Source: Scyliorhinus canicula
Taxonomy: Eukaryota
NCBI RefSeq assembly: GCF_902713615.1
Contig: NW_024055461.1
Span: 2,672,345-2,736,344, forward strand
Direction: 5' to 3'
DNA length: 64,000 bases
Shown here: positions 34,336 to 46,558 of the stretch, piece after piece
Position numbering within the stretch: the stretch's first letter is position 1
Layout: every line of letters begins with the position of its first letter
Made by a program: the position numbers and the translations under genes
The notes under the pieces: model-generated
The model's database searches: none
What the model saw: only the letters and a program-made list of their open reading frames with translations
Told to the model about the DNA's origin: nothing

Positions 34336-35714
34336 AACAAATTCTAGACTGAAGCAAATTTCAAATTGTGTCTGAAATTCTTTCAATACAAACAAACTGT
34401 TTTTTGTGTTTTGTGAGGGCTTTGAATCAATTGATTTATCCCTGATCACGGGAGCTGAATTAAAGTTTGCAGTTACTTGGAACATAAAAATGAGTTATAT
34501 ATTTCCGTAAATAGCCTGTTCTTAAACATTTGGCAGCTGTTACGGCCACACTATTCCTTCAACACCTTTACGAGCAATTAAATAAGTTTTTAAATTCTGA
34601 AAGCTGAACATCGTTATTTCGTCATATTATTTTTTAAATTGTAGAAAGATAAAGGTAGCCTAAGACTAACAAATAAACACCTGCAATTCAGGCAGACTAA
34701 TATAATTACTCAAGGTTAAACATAATTTTTAATTTAATGACAATATCTTGTCTCGCAAAGCTATGCTGCGCATAGGATAGAATTATGGGAGAAGAAATAA
34801 ATAAAATCAACCTTAACATTTAATTCTTCTGAAATAATAAATTGAATCACAGCATCTCAACTCCATTTGCTCCGAGGTTTCCGTGACACTGATGATCTGA
34901 ATGAATTGTCCCCTTTCAGTTCTACCCTGTTCATTTGGACCTGCTTTCAATAAGCCACACAATATATTTAACAACTCATTTAGAGCGACTCCGAGAATTA
35001 GAGGAGGATTATATAAAAGATTGTTATCACAAAACAGCAGCACCGTTACTGATTACAAACTCTCCAACTGTGCATATTTTGTTATGACTCAGTATGCAAT
35101 TTAATCTGGAAAGTCCTAATTTAACAAACAGACCATTTAAGAAACCATTCTAGGTGCGATATAATTCAGGCCAGATTTCAAAATATGTGCAATTTTACGC
35201 ATTTTGTGAAATACTTTCTGATAATGTACTGAATTTATGATATATCAATGTGTTCATAAAATAGGGAGAGTCGGTTAAAAAAGGCAGGCGAATGCATTGT
35301 TCATTATAAATTATTCAAATCTAATTATATAAAGTAAAAAATAATATTTATTTCTGAACATTTACTTGTAATAATGTGATTGTTTTGCTTAACACAAATT
35401 AATGCTATATTAATTGAACTAGTCACGTTATTTTACTAAGTTCAGGAAGAAATTGGTTTTCAAATGTTATTATTATATAACAAAATTAGTTAAAAATAGC
35501 ATTAACTTGCAATGAAATATTAGCGCTGATTACATCAACCCAAGTGACCTCTCAAAATTGAGTACACACTGAGCAGAATTACAGTGAGTGTAAAATCTCA
35601 ACTGTTGAAGATAACTTATATCTGTATTTTAAATAAATTTTGATAGCAATGCTTTCTACTCAGCTGTGTTCAGGTCGATAAAGTATTTCGTTTATTGATC
35701 TTATTGGTTATTTT

Positions 35715-36012
35715 TTAAAATACATTTAGAGTACCCAATTGTTATTTTTTCCAATTAAGGGTCAATTTAGAGTGGCCAATCCACCTAACCTGCACATCTT
35801 TGGGTTGTGGGGCTGAAACCCTCGCAGACATTGTGAGAATGTGCAAACTCCACACGGACATTGACCTAGGTAATGAACTCGAACCCGGGTCCTCAGCGCC
35901 GCAGTTTTACTTTATACAATTAGATTTGAATAATTTATAATGAACAATGCATTCGCTTGCCTTTTTTAACCGACTCTCCCTATTTTATGCTAACCACTGC
36001 GCCACATGCCGT
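35715..36012 (-). mobile_element. poly(A)-tailed V-SINE containing an 85-bp non-SINE insert
   Basis: TSD attggttatttt at 35703-35714 and 36017-36028; insert at 35905-35989. Confidence 0.9.
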
Positions 36013-36558
36013 CTTCATTGGTTATTTTCAATTGCGAAATCATATCAATTGAGCCGGTAATCTGTTGTAAATATGAATATTCCCTGGTTGCTTCATAGTT
36101 GCTATGTTACTGAGTCCCGGTTATGAACATCAGGTTGCCCAGAATCTGTAATAAATAATACTGCACTACAAATAAGAAAAATTAAATTTTACAAAGTTTT
36201 CAATGTTCCAAAGAGCAGCGTCTGTTCTGATCAGACAAAAGGCTGGGGGTTGTTTTGATAACATGTATGCAGAATGTCCAATAACGTGCTTCAAATAATC
36301 AGCAAGGGAACCTGATATTTGGAACAATTATTTCGATCGATTCTTTGAAGAACGGCCACAGGCAGGAAAAGACTCGAATGAAATGCACTGGTCCGCTTGG
36401 GTCACAACATGGGGCACCAGATCATAGGCCGATATGTGTGTGAAACATTCTAAGTGATGCATTTAATTAATTAGCTTTCAAAACAACCTTCAAGTTTTAG
36501 TATATCTGATTGGTTCAGTTCCTTGAACAGCCACAGGCACCTTCGCTTTACTATCACT

Positions 36559-36763
36559 GGGCGGGATTCTCCAGTCCGCCAGCCGCGTGCTTCCCAGCCG
36601 CGTGTTTCTCGGCCGCGCGTCGATCGCTGGAGGCGGTATACTGACTTCCCGCTGCTCGTCAATGGGATTTCCTATTGTAAGCATCCCATGCCACAATGAA
36701 ACTCACTAACGTGTGTGCGCTGCCGGTGGGTAAATCGAATTGCAACGGCCAGAGAACTCCGGC
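36559..36763. mobile_element. putative MITE-like element
   Basis: GC/CpG-rich island in an AT-rich intron, with imperfect terminal inverted repeats gggcgggattctcc ... agagaactccggc. Confidence 0.35.
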
Positions 36764-37254
36764 AATTATTTCATCATTATTAAATGGAATTTGATATGGT
36801 TTCGGTGATGCACATTATGACCCCTTCTTTCAAAATAATTTGTTAATAACTATTTGTGTTGTGTTTCCTATAATCGAAGCGTTTAATAGCACAGAGGACG
36901 ATATTCACCACTGAATATCCAGGCTTGGGCTGACAAGTGGCTTGCTCCATTCGTGCCACACAATGCCAGGCAATGGCCATCCAGCAGTTCCACGTGCCCA
37001 TTCCTCGAAGGAGAGCAGCTGTGCCTGCGTCTGGTTCCTAGGGAACCACTATTTGCAGTCCATTCATGGCTTTCGAGTAGTGGTTTGTGACTGAAAACTC
37101 GTAGAAACCAGCTGCAGCGTTGATCTTATTCATACCTTTTACGCTTCAGTGGACTAAGTGGAGAACCTCCAATGTTTGTACACGTTGCCCACATCAAAGA
37201 GAAGAAAATGCACGATTTCACTATACCTGACTTCCTTTGATGTGGCCAATGATT

Positions 37255-40200
37255 ACATAGAGTCATGGACGTTTACAGCATGGAAACAGTCCTGTCGGCA
37301 AGCTGGTTCATGCCGCACAGTTTCCATCACTAAGTTAGTCCCACTTGCCTGCATTTGGCCCATATCCTTCTGCACTCACCCTGCCCGTGTTACTGTCTAA
37401 CTGCTTTTTAAAGAACAAAATTGTACCCGCCACCACCACTGCCTCTGGCAGCCCATTCCAGATGCTCACCAAACTCTGTGTGAAGAAATTTCCCCTCTGG
37501 TCTCTTTTGTATCGCTCCCCTCTCACCTTAAACTTACGTCCTTTCGTTCTAGACTCCTCTATCTTTGTGGAAAAGTGTCGACTATTTACCTTATCGATGC
37601 TCCTCATTATTTTATAGACCTCTATAAGATTACCCCTAAGCCACCTACACTCCAGGGAAAAAAGTCCCAATCTATCCAGCCTCTCCTTAGAACTCAAACT
37701 ATAAAGTCCAGGTAGCGTCCTCATAAATATCTTCTGCGCTCTTTCTAGTTCAACAATATCCTTCCTATAATAGGGTGAGCAGAACTGAACACAATATTCG
37801 AGGTGCCGTCTTACCAATATCTTGTACAACTTTACAAGACGTCCCAACCTGTATACAGTATTCTAATTAATAAAATCTAGCATGCTGAATGCCTTCTACA
37901 CCACCCTGTCCACCTACGATTCCACCTTGAAGAAGCGATGAACCTGTATTCCTAGATTTCTTTGTTCTGTAACACTCCCCAAATCCCTGTCATTAACTGA
38001 ATAGGTCCTGCCCAGATTTTATCTACCAAAATGCATCACCTCACATTTATGTCAATTATGTACCCAAATGTCAATCTCGCCCTGGATTCCGTGAGATTTA
38101 ACCTTTTGCAACAACCTACCATGCAGTAGCTTGTCAAAACCTTGCTAATGTCCATGTAGGCAACGTAGACCGCACTGCCCTCATCTACCTTCTTGTTTAC
38201 CTCTTCAAAATATCAATCAAATTCGTGAGACATGACTTTCCCCTTACAAAGCCATGTTGACTTTCCCTGATTAGCCCTTGCCTGTCTAAATGCCTGTAGA
38301 TCCTGTCCCTCAGAATACCTTCTAACAACTTACCCACTACAGAAGTAACACTCACCTCTCCTGCGCCTGTTGATGATTTAAATATCTCAGCTAGGGCCGC
38401 GGCAATTTCCTCGCTAGCCTCCCGCAACATCCTGGGATACATTCGTCAGGTCCCGGAAATTGTCTATCTTTATGCGCTTTAATATCTCCATCACCTCCTT
38501 CTCTGTAGTATGTACACTCCTCAATACACCACTTTTTATTTCTCCAATTTCCCTAATATTCATTGCCTTTCTCAACAGTAAATACTGACGAGAAATATTC
38601 ATTCAGGTCCTCTCCCATCCCTTGTGGATCCGCACATAGATGGCCCTGTTTATCCTTAAGAGGCCCTACCCTCTCCCAAGTCACTCTTTTGACCTTTATG
38701 TGGCCGGAAAAGCTCTTTGGATTTATCTTTGCCTTATCTGCCAAGACAATCTCATGTCTCCTTTTTGCCCTCCTGACTTCTCTCTTAAATCTAATCCGAC
38801 AAGCCCTATACTCTTCAAGGGATCCACGCGATTCTACCTGCCTATGCATGTCAAATGCCTCCTTCCTCCTTTTGACCATAACCTCAATATTTCGAGTCAT
38901 CCAGGGTTCCCTACTTCTACCAGCCTTACCCGTCACTCTAAGAGGAATGTGCTTACACTGAACCCTAGTCAACACACTTAAAAAAAATGTTTTAGAGTAC
39001 CCAATTATCTTTTTCCCAATTGATGGGCAATTTAGTGTGGCCAATCAACGTAACCTGCCCGTCTTTGGGTTGTGGGGGTGAAACCCATGAAAACACGGGG
39101 AGAGTGGGGCAGCAGGGTAGCATGGTGGTTAGCATAAATGCTTCACAGCTCCAGGGTCCCAGGTTCGATTCCCGGCTGGGTCACTGTCTGTGTGGAGTCT
39201 GCACGTCCTCCCCCTGTGTGCGTGGGTTTCCTCCGGGTGCTCCGGTTTCCTCCCACAGTCCAAAGATGTGCGGGTTAGGTGGATTGGCCATGCTAAATTG
39301 CCCGTAGTGTCCTAATAAAGTAAGGATAAGGGGGGGTTGTTGGGTTACGGATATAAGGTGGATTCGTGGGTTTGAGTAGGGTGATCATGGCTCGGCACAA
39401 CATTGAGGGCCGAAGGGCCTGTTCTGTGCTGTGCTGTACTGTTCTATGTTCTATGTTCTATGAATGTGCAAACTCTACACGAACAGTGAGCCAGGGCCGG
39501 GATTTTAACCCCAGTCCTTAGCGCCACAGTCCCGGTAACCACACGCCGCCATGCCAACGCACTTTAGAAAGACTGCCACTTACCAGCTGCCCCCTTGCCC
39601 GTAAACAGGCTCTCCCAATCAACTTTTGAAAGTTCCCGCCTAATATCCTCGAAATTGGCCATGCCTCAATTCAGAATTTTAAGTTTTGGGCCAGAACTAT
39701 AATTCTTCATAGCGATCTTAAAACTAATGGAATTATGGTCACTGGTCCCAAAGTCATCCCTCACTAACACGTCCGTCATCTTCCCTTCCTTATTCCCCAA
39801 GAGAAGGTCAAGTTTTGCCCCCTCTCTAGTCGGGTCATCCACATATTGAATGAGAAATTCTTCCTGAATACCCTCGATAAATGTCCCTCCATCCAATCCC
39901 CTAGTGCTACGGCTGTCCCAGTTCATGTTAGGAAAGTTAAAGTCCCCTACTATTGCCACCCTATATTTCCGGCAGCTATCTGTAATCTCCTTATATATTT
40001 GTCTCTCGATTTCCCGCTGACTATTTGGGGGCCTATATCACAGTCCTGCCAAAGTGATCTCACCCTTCCTATTTTTTAGTTCTACCCATATAGACTCAGG
40101 CGGACCCTTGGATATATCCTCTCTCTGTACTGCTGTGATGTTGTCCTTAATCAAAAACGCAACTCCCCCTCCTCTCCTATCCCCTGGTCTATCTTTCCTG

Positions 40201-40370
40201 CAGAACTGTACCCTGGAACATTGAGCTGCCAGTCCTGCCCATCCTTTAGCCATGTTTCAGTAATAGCTATAATATCCCAATCCCATGTACCTATCCATGC
40301 ACTGAGTTTATCTGCCTTGCCCGTTAGGCCTCTAGCATTGAAATAAATGCAGTTCAATCTGTTTCTCTGC
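37255..40370 (-). mobile_element. CR1 LINE ORF2 (EN + RT), decayed, with two nested SINEs
   Basis: CIYFNARGLTGKAD...DIIAITETWL, IVGDFNFP, QHGFVRGKSCLTNL, LVRRHLEYCVQF...FFTQSLVSIWN. Confidence 0.92.
38980..39554 (-). mobile_element. poly(A) V-SINE (-) split by a CR1-tailed V-SINE (+, 39106-39462)
   Basis: Outer TSD caac(a/g)cactt at 38970-38979 and 39555-39564; the outer element is continuous across the inner one (acacggggaga|atgtgcaaactc). Confidence 0.85.
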
Positions 40371-41457
40371 CTTCCACTGTTTCGTTACTGGCTTTTGTTT
40401 CTGTCCCTTCTTTACTACCCTCTGACTTCCTGTAATGTTTCCCATGATGGTTCCCACATGGTTCGCATGATGTGAGCTATATGATTCAATTGATATTTTG
40501 AAAGATTTTAACATAATTTTTCCATTACAAATTACGATGTGAACAAAAAAGCTTAAGATATGGTTTGGTCCATGTCGTTTTAATCAAGAACCATTTATTT
40601 TACCGACATTCAGAGACCCATTTCCCTAAATCGTTGAAATGGTATGTAATGGCTTTGATTTAACACCAGCATGGAATGAAGGAATAGAGAGTGTTTGTAT
40701 CTAATTTTGTACATCACGATTTGTTCGAAGATTGGTTGAATCCGCAGTAGTGAGATATAATGGAACTTTTGAAATGTAGATCGAGAATTTGCAGATCAAT
40801 GGGATTGCTGAAGATCGTGATCCACCGAAAGGCCTTCTTCTCTGACCTCATTTTCTATTGTTCTTTAATTCCGCGTTATGCTTGAAATGTCGGCATTTAT
40901 TTCAAATATTGTATACGCTGTATGTCTGGGTATGAGGAGCTCTGTAATAAGGAAAACAATATCCATCAGAATGTAAACGAATACATCAGATAGACAGAAC
41001 ACCGACTTACATTATATAGCCGCTGCAATTCAGTAATAAGCTCCAAGATGATTCACAGGGACGTAATAAGAGAATGTCTGACACCAATTAATCAAAAGCT
41101 TGGCCAACAAGATACCATTTAAGGCAACACATTAAAGCAGAAACAGCGCGGGGCAAAACGTAGCACAAGTGCTGCGTTTCTCTTAATCTGATGGCACTTA
41201 CTTCATCCAGACTTCATCAAGATGTTATTTTTAAATTATATTTTCCCAACGTGTTGCGTCCGAGAGAGGCACAGGTGGATTTCAAATCAGGGGAACAATC
41301 ATGACAATTCAAATCTGATGGAACTGTTGGAAGCTCAAAATGTGGATGTAGATTTTAATCGAACACCACTGAACGGCAGCCAAATTTCAAGCTGCTTGCT
41401 AAATTAATGAGCACGAATAAGGGTACCTAATTTATTGAATTGACAATTCTTTCCCAG

Positions 41458-41755
41458 CGCCACCGACGCCGCCCACCCTCTATGGTCTGCTCTCCTTCTG
41501 TGAGCAAAGAAACACTGCCGGCTCCGTGACCTACGGCTGTTGGCGACTGACTATTTCCCGGAAATCACCAGCCTTACTTGGAAGAAAGATCATGAGACAA
41601 TCACCGCTGGATTGAAACGTATCCATCAGTGCTAAACAAGAAGGGAACCCATACTCTGAGCAGCCAGTTAACCATAAGCGCGACAGAGATAGGGAGCAGC
41701 AAAATCTACTGCGAGGTTCGACGCAGCGAGTCGGTCTGGAAGAAGGAAATGCCAG
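41458..41755 (+). CDS. IGHM: IgM CH1 exon; two single-base deletions in this assembly
   Basis: [28 protein letters not shown][L][25 protein letters not shown][T][45 protein letters not shown]; AG/GT boundaries; 298 nt (300 minus 2). Confidence 0.9.
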
Positions 41756-41884
41756 GTTAGTGTATGATGCCGGCAACGGTATTGGGTGGTGTGCGGAGTT
41801 GGTGGGGGGGGGGGGGGGGGAGGTGGAAGTTGGTGCTGGGGCTTGGTGTGGTGACGGGGATGATAGGGAAGTGGATGGAAGTGT

Positions 41885-42080
41885 CCACTTCACACGCAGT
41901 GTAACGTGTACAGTTCTGGCCCCCACATCACACTCAGTATACAGTTAGAGTCACCAGATTGCACTCAATATACTGTTTACAGTTATAGTCTGTACAATAC
42001 ACTCAGTGCTGTGTACACATTTATGAGCTCCAGTTACACTCACTACTATACAAAGTTCTGATTTCCACATTACACTCAGC
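41885..42080. repeat. degenerate minisatellite (acactcagt...tacagtt)
   Basis: Recurrent cactcagt and tacagtt motifs. Confidence 0.55.
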
Positions 42081-42182
42081 GCAAAGCCCAGGCCAGATGG
42101 TGGGGGTGAATGTGGCCTGGGCTTGCAACAAACCTACCAACTGTCCTGCCTTGAGACAATTCACACCTCTTTAAACCTGTGG
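42081..42182. mobile_element. small Penelope-like fragment with snap-back inversion
   Basis: Matches 5680-5755 in both orientations; 12-bp inverted arms at 42084-42095 and 42113-42124. Confidence 0.6.
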
Positions 42183-42311
42183 AGTATAAATTCTAGCATT
42201 GACATAATGGACAAGGTTATCTGCTGTGTCGATGTGATGCAAACCTCTCTACAGTTTTTAATTGTTCGTTTGAAACAAGATTAAATGTCAATTTCATGTA
42301 TTTTCTTTAAG

Positions 42312-42623
42312 ATCATGTGATCCACCATCCAACTCTTATCCTCACAACGAGTCAACGGGAAGAAATCACAAGCAGCAGGTTTGCAACCGTCGCCTGTTCA
42401 ATCGTTGATTTCCGTCCAAGCACAATTAACGTCAAATGGCTGAAGAATGGACAAGCCTTCGACTCGGGCTTCGTCACCTCTCCCGCCTTTAAAGTGAACG
42501 GGAAACTTCTCGCGACTAGTCGGCTGACGGTCCCCGCTGGGGAATGGTTCACCCACACGGTCTATACCTGCCAGGTCACTCATCAAGGGGTCACCCAAAA
42601 TCGAAATATCACCAGATCTCAGG
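42312..42623 (+). CDS. IGHM: IgM CH2 exon, intact (312 nt)
   Basis: [58 protein letters not shown]...[35 protein letters not shown]; ag|...|gtaag. Confidence 0.95.
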
Positions 42624-43294
42624 GTAAGAGACACAATCCTAGAAATTTGGAGGAAATTCTGGGAGCCGAACTTAGACAAATACGAGAAACGTATTGCAAT
42701 AATGAAAAATCCTGGATTATTTAAATTTATTACAATCGTGTGGTTTATGTTTCCTTCCAATATAAAATCAAATGACGTGCTTTCCTTTTTTACAGCAGAA
42801 TAAGATAGTATCTTGACACCGTGAACTTATATTTTAGTCATGGCCTTCTGGAAACACAAGTGCAGTACAACCATCAGTTCCCATTTATTTCGGGGACTAC
42901 CAGTAAATGATGTGCTGATGGATCCAGCTGCATTTCCCGCACATAAATCTGTAGAATACTCAAGTAGTTTCGTTTTGTGATATAATCAGTCGATGATTCT
43001 CTAATCCATCATTTCGGCGCCAGCGATATTCAGCCTAAAACACAATTGCTCATGAAAATATTCCACTTGCTACATCGGGTATTTGTTTACTGATATACCA
43101 GGAGACCTGGGTGGAATTATAGATAAATATCAGGTCACCCGGTGTCCTGCAATTTGCCATCCTTTAAATAATTACTGCGTTTATATAATATTGGAACATG
43201 AATATCACAAATGGGTATTCCCATGAGAGTGAGGTAACTGGATACCAATGTTTTGATTCTTAAGGTCATGTTAATTTTAATTTCTGTTCCACAG

Positions 43295-43604
43295 ATGAAT
43301 CCACATGCACCGATCCCATAATTACTCTGCTGCCACCAGCAATAGAACAGGTCTTGCTGGAGGCGAACCGTGACCTTAACCTGCATCGTGACGGAACGCT
43401 CCTTATGGAGTCAGCGTGTCCTGGAGCCACGAAAAGAGGCCTTTGAAAGCAGAGATTACAGCCCAACATGGAGAGGATCGAGATAACGTGGTCAGCAACT
43501 TAAATGTCTCAACACAAGCCTGGCTGAGTGGAGCTGAGTTCGACTGTGTGCTGATCATCAGGATCTGCCGACTCCTCTCAGAAAGTCCATCCGCAAGGAA
43601 AGAG
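43295..43604 (+). CDS. IGHM: IgM CH3 exon; three single-base indels in this assembly (net +1)
   Basis: [102 protein letters not shown]; 310 nt. Confidence 0.9.
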
Positions 43605-43644
43605 GTGAGAGGTGCGATTGAAGCAATAAAGCCAGTCATTGTGT

Positions 43645-43930
43645 TTTTAGCACTGTTGTTTCACAGCACTAGGGACCCAGGTTCGATTCCTGCTTGGTCA
43701 CTGCCTCTGCGGAGCCTGCACGTTCTCCCCTTGTCTGCATGGGTTTCCTCCGGGTGCTCCGGTTTCCTCCCACAGTCCCAAAAGACGGGCTGTTAGGTAA
43801 TTTGGTCATTCTGACTTCTCACTCTGTGTACCCGAACAGGCTGCGGAATGTGGCGACTAGTGATTTCACAATAACTTAATGGCAGTGTTAATGTAAGCCT
43901 ACTTGTGACACTAATAGGAATTATTATTTA
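43645..43930 (+). mobile_element. V-SINE with the family-B-type tail
   Basis: V-domain followed by aacaggctgcggaatgtggcgactag...gcctacttgtgacactaat. Confidence 0.8.
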
Positions 43931-44077
43931 TTTCCGTGGCCAATAAAATTACAAGTTTTTCTATTCCCTGCTAGAGGCACAAATTTTATCGGTTAACTTC
44001 TTTAACTGAACACACTGCGGCTAAAAGTGAGCAATTAAATGAAAACTGGGGAGGAATATGAGGCAGAAAGGAATAAG

Positions 44078-44426
44078 ATCATAGAATTTACAGTGCAGAA
44101 GGAGGCCATTCGGCCCATCGAGTCTGCACCGGCTCCTGGAAAGAGCACCCTACCCAAGTTCAACACCTCCCACCCTATCCCAATAACCCAGTAAACCCCA
44201 CCCAACACTAAGGGCAATTTTGGACACTAAGGGCAATTTATCATGGCCAATCCACCTAACCTGCACATCTTTGCACTGGGGAGGAAACCGGAGCACCCGG
44301 AGGAAACCCACGCACACACGGGAAGGATGTGCAGACTCCGCACAGACAGTGACCCGAGCCAGAATCGAACCTGGGACCCTGGAGCTGTGAAGCCATTGTG
44401 CTATCCACAATGCTACCGTGCTGCCC
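44078..44426 (-). mobile_element. V-SINE with CR1-type tail
   Basis: Reverse complement of the 666 subfamily. Confidence 0.9.
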
Positions 44427-44734
44427 AGAATTGTAACATCTGCTAGCAGGGTTGAAAGAATCTGGCGGGTGTGGACAATAAATTCCAGAACTAAACAGTT
44501 GGGCCGAGTGGCGCGTTTCAGTCCCAAAAATACAATGTAAATTTCCAGTTCAAATTGAGAATTTGTCAGGGAGAAGGATTTCACCAGCGTTTGCTCCGAT
44601 CTGGACAGCAGGACAGTTCCCGGGGGCGGGGGAGTGGCGTGATGGAACGGTTTTACATTTGCTGGAAAGCACATTTCTTTCATTTGTTTCCGGAATTGTC
44701 CAGTCCATAGATATTTATTGTACATTTTCTGCAG

Positions 44735-45122
44735 ATTCCAACCCCGGGAACCGTCCGTCTCTGTTCCTGCCCTCGGCTGAAGACGTCTCCGCTCAGAGAT
44801 TCGTCTCCCTCAGCTGCTTAGTGAGAGGTTTCTCCCCCCGAGAGATCTTCGTCAAGTGGACCGTCAACGACAAGCCGGTGAATCCCGGGAACTACAAGAA
44901 CACCGAGGTGATGGCGGAGAACGGCAATAGCTCCTTCTTCATGTACAGCCTGTTATCCATTGCAGCGGAGGAGTGGGCCAGCGGCGCTTCTTACTCCTGT
45001 GTGGTGGGACATGAAGCCATCCCCTTGAAGATCATCAACAGAACGGTTGATAAATCCAGCGGTAAACCCAGTTTGTGAACATTTCCCTCGCTCTGATGGA
45101 CACCGTTAATTCATGTCAATGA
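44735..45122 (+). CDS. IGHM: IgM CH4 exon + secretory tail (one T missing at about 45073)
   Basis: ...[36 protein letters not shown]...[33 protein letters not shown][F][15 protein letters not shown]; internal TM donor agcg|gtaaa at 45061/45062. Confidence 0.93.
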
Positions 45123-45156
45123 GAATCTACCAATTGCATTAACACTTAAAAACCAC

Positions 45157-45162
45157 AATAAA
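45157..45162 (+). terminator. polyadenylation signal of the secretory mu transcript
   Basis: AATAAA 35 nt after the tail stop codon. Confidence 0.8.
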
Positions 45163-45629
45163 AACCTTTACTTCCACTTGTGGATTAAAATACATCTTTT
45201 AATTAATGTTGTTTCCCATTTAAACCAAGAGGATAACTGTTCATCTGAAATTGAATAATTGTCAGTTTTATTCCCCTGGCTTAGACAGTCAACGATCCAA
45301 ATTGAGATACACTGGCAAAGAGAAGCAGATTGATGCTCAGTAATTCCATGATTCCACTGAATAAGATCTGCACCTTTCCTCCATGTGCTGGTAGATGTGG
45401 AAAAAGCAGTTTCAAATATAGATGCCTTCTTTTATCAAGCCCATCGAAGTTTCATACAATCTTGTTATAACATCGAGCTTACTGAGAACGTACATAACAG
45501 TAGGACCTGAACCTATGAACTCCTTCAGCATATATGGAGAAGTGCACTTTTACCCCATTCTACATAAACATCATCAACAGAGGGAGTTAAAGGCGGATTT
45601 GTGAATTCATTGTAGTCCCAGGCCCACAC

Positions 45630-46400
45630 TCAGCCACCAGAGAGGAGGAGAAATAGAAATTATTGGCCCATTATATTCATTCTTCCGCCAGAGAGAGGAA
45701 TAAGGATAATTGATATCTCATTATACACTTTCTTCCGCCGGAAGAGAAAGGGTCACCCATTATATTAATTCTTGCAGCAGAGAGAGAACACAGGGTAATT
45801 GGTAAACCATTATACTCATTCTTCCAGGAGTGGAAGGATAATGATCATTGGTAAATCATTATACTCATTCTTTCACCAGAGGGAGGGGGAAGGGATACTT
45901 GATAACGCATTATACCCATCAGAGTTAGGATAATGGGCAATTGTTAACCCATTATAGTCATTCTTTCGCAAAAGAGAGGGGGGAAAGTAAATCCATTATA
46001 CTCATATTTCTACCAGAGAGAGGAAAAAAACGATTAATAACCGATTCTGTTCCTTCTTCCACCAAAGGGAAAAGAAAGGATAATTGATCACCCATTATAC
46101 CCATTCTTCCACCAGAGAGAGGAAAAGGAGTAATTGACAACGCATTTTACCCATTCTTCCACCAGAGAGAGGAAAAGGAGTAATTGACAACGCATTATAA
46201 CCATTCTTCCACTAGAGAGAGGAAAAGGGGTAATTGATAGCCCTTGATGCTCATTCTTCCGCCAGAGAGAGTAGAAAGAGCAATTGTAAACCCATTGTAC
46301 TCATTTTTTCTTAAGAGACTGAAGAAAGGGCAATTGATCAACCATTATACACAATTTTCCACCAGCGAGAGGAAAAAAGGTAATTGTGAACTCATTGCAC
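45630..46400. repeat. about 50-bp minisatellite (cattatacccattcttccaccagagagaggaaaaggagtaattgacaacg), about 15 degenerate units; resumes at 52550-52747
   Basis: ccattcttcc at 46101, 46151 and 46201 (period 50). Confidence 0.9.
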
Positions 46401-46402
46401 TG

Positions 46403-46558
46403 AGAGGGGCTGGTTTAGCACAGGGCTAAATCGCTGGCTTTGAAAGCAGACCAAGGCAGGCCAGCAGCACGGTTAAATTCCCCTACCAGCCTCCCCGAAC
46501 AGGCGCCGGAATGTGGCGACTAAGGGCTTTTCACAGTAACTTCATTTGAAGCCTACTT
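46403..46558 (+). mobile_element. family B SINE 5' part (tail continues at 52499-52550, after the L1)
   Basis: Same family as 7945; split at catttgaagcctactt. Confidence 0.9.

Noticed and set aside
40808-40836. CTGAAGA...CGAAA-ggcc-TT hammerhead-like string
   Set aside because: Stem II lacks the closing G-C pair, no stem I can form, and there is no Penelope context.
41760-41880. G-rich tract after CH1 as a class-switch region
   Set aside because: Short, no AGCT-rich tandem repeats, and sharks lack canonical switch regions; treated as low-complexity DNA.
31037-45122. IgNAR, IgW or IgM1gj-type identity
   Set aside because: Four C exons with IgM-type CH1-CH4 and the secretory tail are present. 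CH2 is retained and J is unjoined, unlike the fully joined, CH2-less IgM1gj.
45630-46400. Regular repeats as a CRISPR-like array
   Set aside because: Contiguous degenerate units without unique spacers, in a vertebrate context.
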